From: Trypanosoma brucei
Lineage: Eukaryota
Assembly (NCBI GenBank): GCA_000002445.1
Contig: CP000070.1
Location: 736,001 to 800,000 of the forward strand
Direction: 5' to 3'
DNA: 64,000 nucleotides
Positions 13,123 to 22,694 of the stretch are shown here, one piece after another (within the stretch, counting starts at the first letter, position 1; the number at the start of each line of letters is the position of its first letter). The position numbers were made by a program, and so were the translations under genes. The notes under the pieces are model-generated. The model had not been told where the DNA came from, did no database searches, and worked only from the letters and a program-made list of their open reading frames with translations.

Positions 13123-13952
13123 AGTTCGTTGATATTTTTACCGTACTTGATCACACACATGTATTCCTCCATGGACTGATCTTATTTACACTCTTGGTGT
13201 TATTCACCCTCCTTTAAGCACCAATTTCTTTGCAATACATGCATATACATGTTGGTTTTGGGGCACCTTTATATTGTTATCCAACTGCTTTTTTTGTTCG
13301 CCACGCTTTTCCACTTCTTACCTTTTACACACTAGGTTAATTTGGGCACCGCGTGAGGTTAATATGACCAAATGTATGTTTCTCATGTTTTCCCTTCGTT
13401 TAGCGAGGCAAATGTATTGAAGAAAGTGTCGTGGTTGGGGTAAGTGGTGTTACACGCACGACGTGTTCGTTACCCACCCTTTCCACCCTCTTCTCATGCT
13501 TCTGCACTTCTTTACTTTTTTGTTCATTCGTTTATATACATATATACATATATATTTACGTGTTCTGGCTTCTACGATTTTTAAAAAACACGTATCGCTA
13601 TAATTATAAGCGTGTACGCACTTATTTTTTTGTTATCGCTCTATATACATGTGGTGCATAATACAAGGTGTCTCATTATCACTAGAGGTTTCTTAGGTAC
13701 CGTACCCCGGTCATGTAGCATGATGTAGAGGGATGAGAGTCGATATGAATATAATAAATGATGCTTGTAAGGATGATTTGACCAACTACCGCTTTCGTAC
13801 ACGTGTGTATTTTTGCATGCTTGTGTTTTATCTGCTTTGTTTATTGTAACCCATTTAAATCATATTTTTTTGTTCACTTCTGTTGTCTTTTTGTCACTGT
13901 TGAATTGTTCCCATTGAGTTAGCTGAATTTCATTGGTTTTTGGAGTTATCAC

Positions 13953-14138
13953 ATGATGTACGTGCTTGTAGCCGTGGCCATGTTGGCAATATTCTTCGCA
14001 GCTTTAGTGCTGTTTTTACGCGGTAAGTTATCTGCTGGATCAGTTGCCACGAGCAACGGTGGAATTGGCAGTGATTCTGGGCTGATGCCCGGTGAGTCAG
14101 TCACTACGAGAGTTCGTCGTGCTCGGAAGGAGGAATAA
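13953..14138 (+). CDS. Small ORF (61 aa) encoding a single-pass TM peptide with a charged C-terminal tail; hypothetical
   Basis: MMYVLVAVAMLAIFFAALVLFLRGKLS...RVRRARKEE. Sits in a 1.66-kb intergenic space with an upstream polyY tract (ttttttgttcacttctgttgtctttttgtcactg) and is conserved identically in the duplicate (26622..26807). There is no independent evidence of expression. Confidence 0.25.
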   Translation: MMYVLVAVAMLAIFFAALVLFLRGKLSAGSVATSNGGIGSDSGLMPGESVTTRVRRARKEE

Positions 14139-14468
14139 CGATTATCATCCAACAGTGAATATGAGCGGTTGGTGGCGCCTCAGGTGACACGGTTTGTTCG
14201 CAAGATTCGTGCCGCCGCGTTATTTGTTTCCGATTGAGCGCATATGCCGCAGTTAGGTAAATGTTCGGTTGGTGTTGCTGTGGATCTACTGATGTGATCT
14301 GTTGTTGTTGTGTTGTTTTTGAAGAACATTTTTTTAAATACCTTATATTTGTTTTTAATTCTCTCTTCCTTTTTTGTTACACTAATGTGGCCGTAAAGCA
14401 TCCTTAATTAATATTTTGGTTGCCATTGTTAGGTGTCTCCGCAGTTATGTTTACTGTTGGTAATGAAA

Positions 14469-14490
14469 CTATTCTTATTATTATTATTAT
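14469..14490 (+). repeat. (TTA)7 microsatellite; (TTA)5 with ttcttatta in the duplicate at ~27133
   Basis: ttattattattattattattattc vs ttcttattattattattattc; this is the only length polymorphism of its kind between the duplicated segments. Confidence 0.9.
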
Positions 14491-14782
14491 TATTATTCTT
14501 TTTCTATCCCTTGGCCTTCACCATTATCTTTTTTTTCTTACTTTTGTGACTTCTATGTTTTCAATGGCTACTCAACCTCCCTCCACAGCAGTGCTGTGAT
14601 CTTATCATTTCTCCTGCAAATCCCTGCCGTACATTGTGGTGCTTTCTATATTCTGTCGGCGGAAGCACTCGTGGTAAAAGAGGGGGTAGGGAAAGAGGGA
14701 AACGTGACGAAAGAAGTGGATAGCGTTGAATAACTTGAGAGGCACAATTGTGGAGAGGTTAGATACGAAAGAGTAGTGGAGG

Positions 14783-15721
14783 GTGGGGATCATGTCAAAC
14801 CCACCTAAGCACTACAGTGTGGAGTCATTGCGGACGGTTGGGCTTCTGCCTGCGCAACTGGCCTTGTCCCGTAAGCCACGTCTTCGCCCACACGTAGGTA
14901 ATCTCAAGGGTCTTGTTTACCCTCTACCGTATTACGCAATGTGGCGTGGTAATCACAACAAATACACATATAACAAAAGCACTGTGTGTCTATGGGGAGA
15001 AGGCGATACCCGTTCCATGTACCATCAACATTATGCTCATGCAAAGTGCCCGACGGACTACGGGCGTGGTGGAAGAGAATTTGAATACCTTACAGTGAAG
15101 CGTGGTAAGATGTTACAGAAACCGCTACCGCGGGTGCAATACGTGGCGGAAGGGTCCAAGCCGGTGTGGCTCTTCAAGTCGTGGCATACGCCTCTCAGCT
15201 CACCAAGCATGTGGGAACGAGAGGTTCAGTACGCCGAGCATACACCAGAGCATATTGGTGCCAAGCGGCCGCTTGCAGTAGTCGCACCACGTACAATGCA
15301 TCGCTACCTGTTTCTTATGCATATGGAAAAGGTGACCATTACTGTATCCCCTCTGTTGTTTGGTTATGGTCACACCATACAGAAAGCTGTGTTGGATTTC
15401 TACCGCCGTGCTATAAGTGCTCGCTCTCCATTCCCAAAGGATAAAGTGTTTCTCTTTTATGCCATTGATCACATTACACCTCGTATTGAAGTGACATGGC
15501 TGGATGGGACGTCATATGTTCCACCTGTGTTGGAGGGTGCAAGTTCGCAAGACCTCATTCAGATGGTGATGGAAGAGGCTTGGTTGGCTGCAGATCGCAT
15601 GGCTGCGGAAGGCCGTGTGCTCAATCCGTTAGCAATTGACGATTATAAGTGGGATCAGTTGGTTGTGTTTAAAAAGGTACGGGATAAGGAAGCGAGCAAG
15701 GGTGGTGGCAGAAAGAAGTAA
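14783..15721 (+). CDS. Conserved hypothetical protein (312 aa), basic C-terminus; paralog A
   Basis: Long ORF with coding-like composition and an identical copy at 27449..28387. Ends in a basic KKVRDKEASKGGGRKK tail. No recognisable domain by eye; it could be an organellar/ribosome-associated protein. Confidence 0.6.
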   Translation: MGIMSNPPKHYSVESLRTVGLLPAQLALSRKPRLRPHVGNLKGLVYPLPYYAMWRGNHNKYTYNKSTVCLWGEGDTRSMYHQHYAHAKCPTDYGRGGREFEYLTVKRGKMLQKPLPRVQYVAEGSKPVWLFKSWHTPLSSPSMWEREVQYAEHTPEHIGAKRPLAVVAPRTMHRYLFLMHMEKVTITVSPLLFGYGHTIQKAVLDFYRRAISARSPFPKDKVFLFYAIDHITPRIEVTWLDGTSYVPPVLEGASSQDLIQMVMEEAWLAADRMAAEGRVLNPLAIDDYKWDQLVVFKKVRDKEASKGGGRKK

Positions 15722-17376
15722 GGGATAGGAATTTGTTTGGGTTAGGGGTGGTGGCACCGTGGCCGATTTTTATTTTCCAGTTGTGGTTGTTGTTTTATGG
15801 TACCTCACTTACCCCTTTCCTTTAATTCACAGCTCTTACCGTAGTGTAACTCCTTGTTTTTGCACTTTACGCCAGGTGTGGATGTTGAGTGTTACATTGG
15901 GTTGGTCATTGCCATGCTGATATATATGTGTGCTTTCATTGAAAGTTCATACGGATACTAATATCTTTTCTTTTCATTTACGTTATCACGATATGACGGT
16001 GGTGTTTGTGCCGTTATTGTATTTTGCATCGTGTATGATCCCTTTTCATTTCTCTCTTTCCTCTTTTTCCTCTATTTCACAACACTACTTTAACCTACCG
16101 ACTGACCGAAGTTTAGTGAAGAGGATTGAAACACGACAGGATTAAGCAAAAGGAAAGAAACAGGAAACAGTGTAAGGTGGAAAGGTAGAGTTGTAGGAGG
16201 GACCAAGAAAACGTGTTTGGGCGAAAGGGAAGTTGGGGATTTCTGCATTAAAGGGGAAGTAATGTTTGGCTTTTCAAATTGATTTGTTGGAATTTTGTTT
16301 TTGTGCAAGGTGTGTTGCCGTGTCACTATGTTTATAATGGAGGCTAATTCTATGGGTGCTTGCCTTGTTTGTGCAATCTTTTCCATTTCGTGTTGTATCT
16401 GATCTTATGAACTTCGTCTGGTTTATCCGCTAATAACGTTGTTAATGTAAATGGCAACCATGCGTCGCCCTTTCGGTTTTAAAAAAAACGAACAACTATA
16501 TTCTTTGCCCTTGGTATTTCCATTCCTCAATTTCTCTTTTCTTTTTGTCGCCTTCTCTAGGTGTAGTAAACGCACCGGACTACGCGAAATATAAGACGAC
16601 GGAGGGAAAGAGGATTACATACACGCTACACGAAGGAAAGGGCTTATCATTATTAATTTTCGTGCATTACTTTATTTATCCCGATTTCTCATTCCCCTCT
16701 TTCGTTAGCACCTCCTCTTCCCCTCCCCTTGAGAGTGAAGGGAAGGGAGGTAACGGGTGATTACCAACTGTTTTCGGTGTGACGTGGCCGATCCACCCGT
16801 GTAAGGAACCGGCTTTCACTTTGAGAGACTCTAACGTTCCCGTGTTGGGTCTAAGGAGGGAGGAAACCGGTAGCGACGGGGTATTTAAGACAACTACTTT
16901 TTTTGCGGTAAAAGTGGGCTGGACGTTAGGAAGAAGACGAAGAGGAACCGTGCGTAAAAAAGGTTGTTGTGAGTGAGGTTCCGCTATAGAGGCTAAATAA
17001 GGGTGAGGAGGGTTGTAGGCCCGAAGGGTAGTTGGGTGCTGTGTCACCTGCAGGGAGGAGGTGCGACTACAATTTCGTCAATAGCATCGCTAGTGTTAGT
17101 TACGTTTAGTGTAAAGGCAGAACTGTTTCTAGGGATTGGACTCCGCTAGAACAACGGAACGTGAAGAGTTGCATTTACACAACTCAGTGAGAATTGAGGG
17201 TTGAGGACCCGACGAGAAACCTACGGAGCCGGGGAAAAGAAATCAGTTGCCACAGAACGTTATTTTCATACCCACCATATACTACAGTTTTCCTTAATAT
17301 ATTATTGACTGTTTTTTTTTTTTTAAAGCTACCCAACGACGTGGGTTTCGACTCCTGATAGATTGCAGCCTCTTGC

Positions 17377-20300
17377 TTGCAGTATTCAACGGGGATGACG
17401 TCTCAAACGTCGGCCGTCCTCGTTGCAGTGCGCGTCCGCCCGTTCAACTCCCGGGAGGCTCCTCACGAATGTACAGTTACCGTCACGGATCCGCGTACCA
17501 TCACGCTGACTGATGTCGGTCAGGTTAATCGGTTTAGCACAAGTGTAAGTGGCAGCATGCAACGCCACGTCTTTACGTTCGACAAAATTTTCTGGAGTGT
17601 TCCCGGTTGTGTTCTACCACTTCCTACGACACCCAGTGGGCACAGTCAACAGATGCCGTCCGCGAGCTCCATTAGGTTATCAGTAGCGGATAGTTCTTCG
17701 ACACATTCCCCCTCCCCTACAGAGTCGCCAACGGTGCGAAGGAGTAGCAACAGCAGTGATGCAAGTGTGCCTTGTGCTGCTCCGACGGCGGAGGTTTCTG
17801 TCAGTGCAATAACATGCGTAAGACCTTCATTTCATCGTTTGCCGTGCTTTGCGCAGACCCCAAGTTGTGATAATCAGACTTCTGTCTATTCATTTATCGG
17901 CCCGCTAATGTATGACTCGGTTATGACCGGGTATAACTCATGTTTGTTTGCGTACGGTCAGACAGGGAGCGGCAAAACCTACAGCATGATTGGGCCCCAT
18001 GACAGTTTTTCGGAGAAGGGTGATCAGAGAGGGATTATTCAGCGACTGTGCGAAGACCTCTTCGATATGATGAGGCGTGAGCGTGAAGAGGATGAAGGAA
18101 TCTCCTACAACGTGGAATGTAGCTTTTTGGAGATTTATTGTGAACGCGTGCGTGATCTACTCACCCACACCACGTTTCACAGTACTAATGACGATTATTC
18201 TGCTCCTAACGTTACCACGATGGGCCCACCGTCGAATTTGCGCTCTAAGACCTCGCCGTCTCAGTCGTTGGTGCTGACACCTCGGCAAGGTTCTTCTAAT
18301 CCCTCCCCTCAACTTCGAATTCGGCAGCACCCGACGCATGGACCATATGTCGAGGGTCTTTCCCATGTTAAGGTGCGTGACGTGGAAGGTGTCATGCACC
18401 AACTGACTTGTGGAATGCGAGAACGTGCCACCGCGGAAACACGTATGAACGAACACAGCAGCAGGAGCCATGCATTACTGCAGCTCAATATCACACGTGT
18501 GTCGGCCGTGCGAGAGGAGGAAGCTGTTGTCACACGAACGCGTGTATGTAAGGTTAGTCTCGTGGATCTCGCGGGAAGTGAACGGATTTCGCAGTCAGGT
18601 GCTACAGGTGACCGCTTCGAGGAGGCTCGTAACATCAACCTATCCCTTACAACACTTACTCGTGTAATAATGCAACTCACGGACAAACAGGCGGGGAAGA
18701 ACGTGGTGCCTAGTTACAGGGACAGCGCGCTCACGTGGCTTCTATCAGACAGCCTGGGTGGTAACAGCAAGACAATTATGCTTGCTACGGTGGCTCCTAG
18801 CGCGTACTGCTATCAGCAGACGCTGAATACACTTCGTTTTGCCGGCGTTGCGAAGACGGTGATCAATGTGGCCACGGTCAACGAAGACCAGCGCTTCCAG
18901 AAATTGATTACGTCCTTGAGGGAGCAGATTGTAAAGCTCACTATGCAGGTAGAGGAGGGGAGGATACTTGATCCTCAAAATAGCGAAATAAGGAAGTTGC
19001 GTCGAGATAAAGGTGAGCTGGAGACGCAGCTTGAAGCCATGCGGATAAAAGTGTCCAAAATGGTGCCCGCAACTGATTTGGAGATTCTCCGGCGGCGTGT
19101 GGCAGAGACTGAGGAAGAGAACACACGACTTCACGCGGAAAAGTGCAATTTACAGCGGCAGCTTATGACCACCACGACGAATCTCCGTGAAGAGTTGATA
19201 AGGCGGCGATCGGAGATTGTTAAATTGCAGGAGATGCTCTCAAAGAAGGACGTAGAGGTGCAGGAGTGGAAGCGTCGTCACCATTCGGAAGTGTTGCGAG
19301 GCGGCAAAGCGACACCACAGTCAACTGTACAATTGTCTCGAGGTCGTGCCGCTTCTGGAGGAAGGGCAGCGTCACCCAGTGGTGCCTTCAAATCCAATAA
19401 TAGCTCAAAATGTGGTATGCTCAAGACTGATGTTGCTAGTATTAGCAGTGATTCGATTGTTGAGGGAGATGCCGACTCCGGTTGCGCAGCTGTTGGCGAG
19501 CTGCAGTTTCGCAACCAACAATTAGAGCGTCGGGTAGAGAAGCTAACGGAGAGTGTGAAAGAGGAGCAGAAGCGCCGTGAAGACGTGGAAAAGGTGAATC
19601 ATAATCTGCGATTTGAACTACGCGAGCTGCAGAAGCTACGTGATGCTACAAGAGGACAGTTAGAGGAGGCACAACGTCGGCTCACTGAAAAGTCTCATGC
19701 ACTGGAGGCCGCAGAGAGTGATTTGGCGTCCACGCGGACGTTACTAAGTACTGAGCGGAATGGGAGCTGTGCCAGTGAAAGGGAAGCCCTACTCACCACA
19801 CAGTTGGAAGACCTTCGTGTGGAGTACTTGGGGGAAAAACAGTCCAATGTGGGCCTACTAATGCGTGTGTCTCACATGGAACAACAGTTGTTTCTTTCCC
19901 AGCAGGAGGCAGAAATAAAGTCACGGGATGTTGGTGAGCTTGAGCAAATGCTCTTGGAGGAGACGGAGACATCTGAGCGGTACTATATTTTTCAACTTTA
20001 TTACAGTGGGAAGGCCAACATATGTCACGCTTTCCATCAGAAGATCCTACTCGTTAAAAGTCTCGAACCCACAAATAGTGTTGGGGTCGTCACTGGAGTG
20101 ACACGGCGCTCTTCCTTCTCCGACGGGCCAAGCGTGTGCGTACGAGCGCTGCGCGACTGCGAGTGTAATGAGGGATGTAGACGGCTGCTGCTAGTGGAAG
20201 AGTGGTTCAATACCGTGTTGGACCTTGCAGCGCAACGGCACGCGATGTGGAGATGGTCGGCTTCCGCGTTAAGTGACGAGATACTGTCACTGCGGATTAA

Positions 20301-21423
20301 CTTTGCAGAGGGTGAGGAAAAGCAGCAACGACTTCTTCGGAAGTTAGAGACTGCGGAAATTTCCCTGGAGGAGGCGATAGCGGTCAGAAATTCCGTTCAG
20401 GCGACACTCAGTACCACTGTGGAGCAATGCGAGGAACTTAAACGACAGGTAGAGGACTTGAAGGAGGAGCTTCAGGCGCAGCAGCAGCGCAACGAGATGC
20501 TTATCACCAGAATTGCGGAGGTACAGGCAGTGCGTGACGTGTTCGGTGAACCGTCGCTGAGTGTTGACGATCCTGTTAGTGGTCTCACCTTAGATGGTAG
20601 AGGTGAGGAATACCAACGTTTTAGCCGAGGTAGTGGTGAAAGGAGTTTAGAAGATCTATCGAGTGAGATGACACTGTACAAAGAGAGGGTAGATATGTTA
20701 AGTGCCCAACTAGAAAGTGAACGCAATCGCAGTCACGATCTTCAAGTCGAGATGGAGCGTGAGTTGGAAATACGGCAGCAGGAGGTACAGCGTGTGAAGA
20801 GTAGTTGTAAGGCCTCATTGTTTGAGAGCACGCAAATTGTGCGAGAGTACGAGGCGCGGTTACAGGAATTGCAGGATGTGATTGAGACGTTGCGTACTGC
20901 CTTAGCGGAGGAGAGCAACAACGTGGACATCGCGCAGGAGGAAGTGCGGCAGGCCAAAGTAAGACACTGCACTTTGACGACTGAGCTGCATCGCGTTGTT
21001 GAAGTTAAAGAGTCGCTTGAGCGTAGGCTGGAAGACACGGAGCTTCAGTTTTCTACCATACAGCAGGAGCAACAAAAGTTAAAAAGAGAATTCTGTGAGG
21101 TGGAGCGGCGGTTGCTTGATTTAAGTCAGATGCACGAAGCGGATGTCTACCTCAACGTCAGATGTGGAGGCGAAGACAGCGAGTGGCTCGAAAAGGCAGC
21201 GCGTGAAAAGGAAGCCATTGAGCAGCAGAAGCGTTTAGTTCAAAAGCTTAACAAGGAGCTTCTGGAAGCAATAACGGAACAGAAAGCCTCTCTCCTTGAT
21301 ATGGATCGCCAGATTGCCCTTATGCAGCGAGGGGCGACCTCTCATAATGGTGAGGCGAACCTAACACAAGAGTCTAATGGCGGGGTAAGCCAATTCCAGG
21401 GTTGTATCGACGGGGAGGGATGA
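17377..21423 (+). CDS. Kinesin: N-terminal motor domain with large loop insertions plus a long coiled-coil tail
   Basis: VLVAVRVRPFNSRE (motor N-terminus), P-loop GQTGSGKTYSM, switch I NEHSSRSHA, switch II VDLAGSER, neck/tail with heptad-rich E/Q/R/L sequence. ~95-aa S/P-rich insert before the P-loop and a ~60-aa insert before IRQHPTHGPYVEGL. The start may be Met 17395 (MTSQTS). Confidence 0.85.
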   Translation: MQYSTGMTSQTSAVLVAVRVRPFNSREAPHECTVTVTDPRTITLTDVGQVNRFSTSVSGSMQRHVFTFDKIFWSVPGCVLPLPTTPSGHSQQMPSASSIRLSVADSSSTHSPSPTESPTVRRSSNSSDASVPCAAPTAEVSVSAITCVRPSFHRLPCFAQTPSCDNQTSVYSFIGPLMYDSVMTGYNSCLFAYGQTGSGKTYSMIGPHDSFSEKGDQRGIIQRLCEDLFDMMRREREEDEGISYNVECSFLEIYCERVRDLLTHTTFHSTNDDYSAPNVTTMGPPSNLRSKTSPSQSLVLTPRQGSSNPSPQLRIRQHPTHGPYVEGLSHVKVRDVEGVMHQLTCGMRERATAETRMNEHSSRSHALLQLNITRVSAVREEEAVVTRTRVCKVSLVDLAGSERISQSGATGDRFEEARNINLSLTTLTRVIMQLTDKQAGKNVVPSYRDSALTWLLSDSLGGNSKTIMLATVAPSAYCYQQTLNTLRFAGVAKTVINVATVNEDQRFQKLITSLREQIVKLTMQVEEGRILDPQNSEIRKLRRDKGELETQLEAMRIKVSKMVPATDLEILRRRVAETEEENTRLHAEKCNLQRQLMTTTTNLREELIRRRSEIVKLQEMLSKKDVEVQEWKRRHHSEVLRGGKATPQSTVQLSRGRAASGGRAASPSGAFKSNNSSKCGMLKTDVASISSDSIVEGDADSGCAAVGELQFRNQQLERRVEKLTESVKEEQKRREDVEKVNHNLRFELRELQKLRDATRGQLEEAQRRLTEKSHALEAAESDLASTRTLLSTERNGSCASEREALLTTQLEDLRVEYLGEKQSNVGLLMRVSHMEQQLFLSQQEAEIKSRDVGELEQMLLEETETSERYYIFQLYYSGKANICHAFHQKILLVKSLEPTNSVGVVTGVTRRSSFSDGPSVCVRALRDCECNEGCRRLLLVEEWFNTVLDLAAQRHAMWRWSASALSDEILSLRINFAEGEEKQQRLLRKLETAEISLEEAIAVRNSVQATLSTTVEQCEELKRQVEDLKEELQAQQQRNEMLITRIAEVQAVRDVFGEPSLSVDDPVSGLTLDGRGEEYQRFSRGSGERSLEDLSSEMTLYKERVDMLSAQLESERNRSHDLQVEMERELEIRQQEVQRVKSSCKASLFESTQIVREYEARLQELQDVIETLRTALAEESNNVDIAQEEVRQAKVRHCTLTTELHRVVEVKESLERRLEDTELQFSTIQQEQQKLKREFCEVERRLLDLSQMHEADVYLNVRCGGEDSEWLEKAAREKEAIEQQKRLVQKLNKELLEAITEQKASLLDMDRQIALMQRGATSHNGEANLTQESNGGVSQFQGCIDGEG

Positions 21424-22694
21424 TGCCGGTCTGTCGCTATGGTGCAAAATGCCTTTCCGCAACTTTTCTGAGGTGCCGTATTTGTCAGCAGATTTATGTC
21501 CTCACTCCTCGCTTTTCTTTTATTTCCCACGCTGCGTGTTTTGTCCTCTTTTCACTCTTTCTCTTTTTTTTTTTTGCAGCTACGTGGGCCTAGGTCGTGA
21601 AAGTGACAAAGAGTTCCTCAGTAATTTCCGATTCGTTACATTTTCCCACTTCTTTCCTTATGTTCCAGTCGGTACACATCTTTTTTACCCTTTGGTTTGT
21701 TTACCGTGCTCGTTCAGCCTGTGTGTGCGTATTTGCATTTGGTGAGCTGGGGAGGCGGGGGCCTGGCGGTAATTTTTTCATGTAATAAAAAATGATGGAA
21801 TACATAGTTCTGAGAGAAGTACAGGGTCGACAACGGGGGAGAACGAGACTTCTATGCATAAAGTTTCTTTTTTCAGGGGAGTCGATTTACATTGGAGCGA
21901 AGTTGTGGTGGAGAGAAAAAGGGATATGGTTAGAGTAACGATGTAAACACAAAGAAAGCACGCTTCTGCACGGCACGAAGAGTGGGTTGAAGGGTCCCAT
22001 ATCGTCGGTGGGTGGATTTCGAGGGTTATACGAGTCGATGAACGCGGTTGTCCGATAGTTTGTCCACTACACTATCAAGATATTACAGCGGAAGGAAAGA
22101 GAGAAGTTGGAGAAAAGCGTAGTAAATTAAAGTGTAACGGAGTCAGTGATCGGGTTGTACCATTACTATCATTATTTTGCTACCGCTATTACACAAGTGT
22201 CCCAGTGGTTTTCGTTTGCTATTTGATTCTTTTAGCTGTTCATCCCCCCTTGACCTTCTTCACTCCCCTTCCCAAGGGGTCGCGGAAGGTCAGGTGTGGG
22301 AAGTTATCAAAACTTTCTTTGTTTGGTGTGAACCATGGGAGTAAAGGAGTGGTGGCGGAGCGGGGAAACAGGGAACAAGCTGTTCTCGTGTATTCCTGTT
22401 TTCTTGTCCTCTTATGGTAACGTGTGTTATTTTCGTTCTGTGAAGGCATGCGGGTGAGCACAAGAATGCCCAAATACAAAGAGATGTGCACATGTACACA
22501 CTCTATGCAACACTTTATTTGTGATTGCGGCCACTTCATCCAAAACCAACTGCCCCAATCGCTACACTAAAACTACCGTGTTGTGCGGGTGTATCTCACT
22601 TCTGTCAGGTCATCCTTTTCTTCCTCTGCATTCTCTCCACCTGTGGTGAGCAGTATTTCGGTGGTTGGTTATACATAAACACATATATTAGAAG

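Larger units (their letters stand above)
12358..16243 (+). repeat. Segmental duplication copy A (3886 bp), direct repeat of 25035-28909
   Basis: Near-perfect identity over ~3.9 kb at an offset of 12677/12666 bp. Left junction gggtcacGtcacgaaggagaAcatgtg vs gggtcacAtcacgaaggagaGcatgtg. Right junction ...ggggatttc|tgcatt vs ...ggggatttc|aggagg. The only differences are a few SNPs, a (TTA)n length change and an 11-bp indel in the (TATA/CA) tract. Confidence 0.9.
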
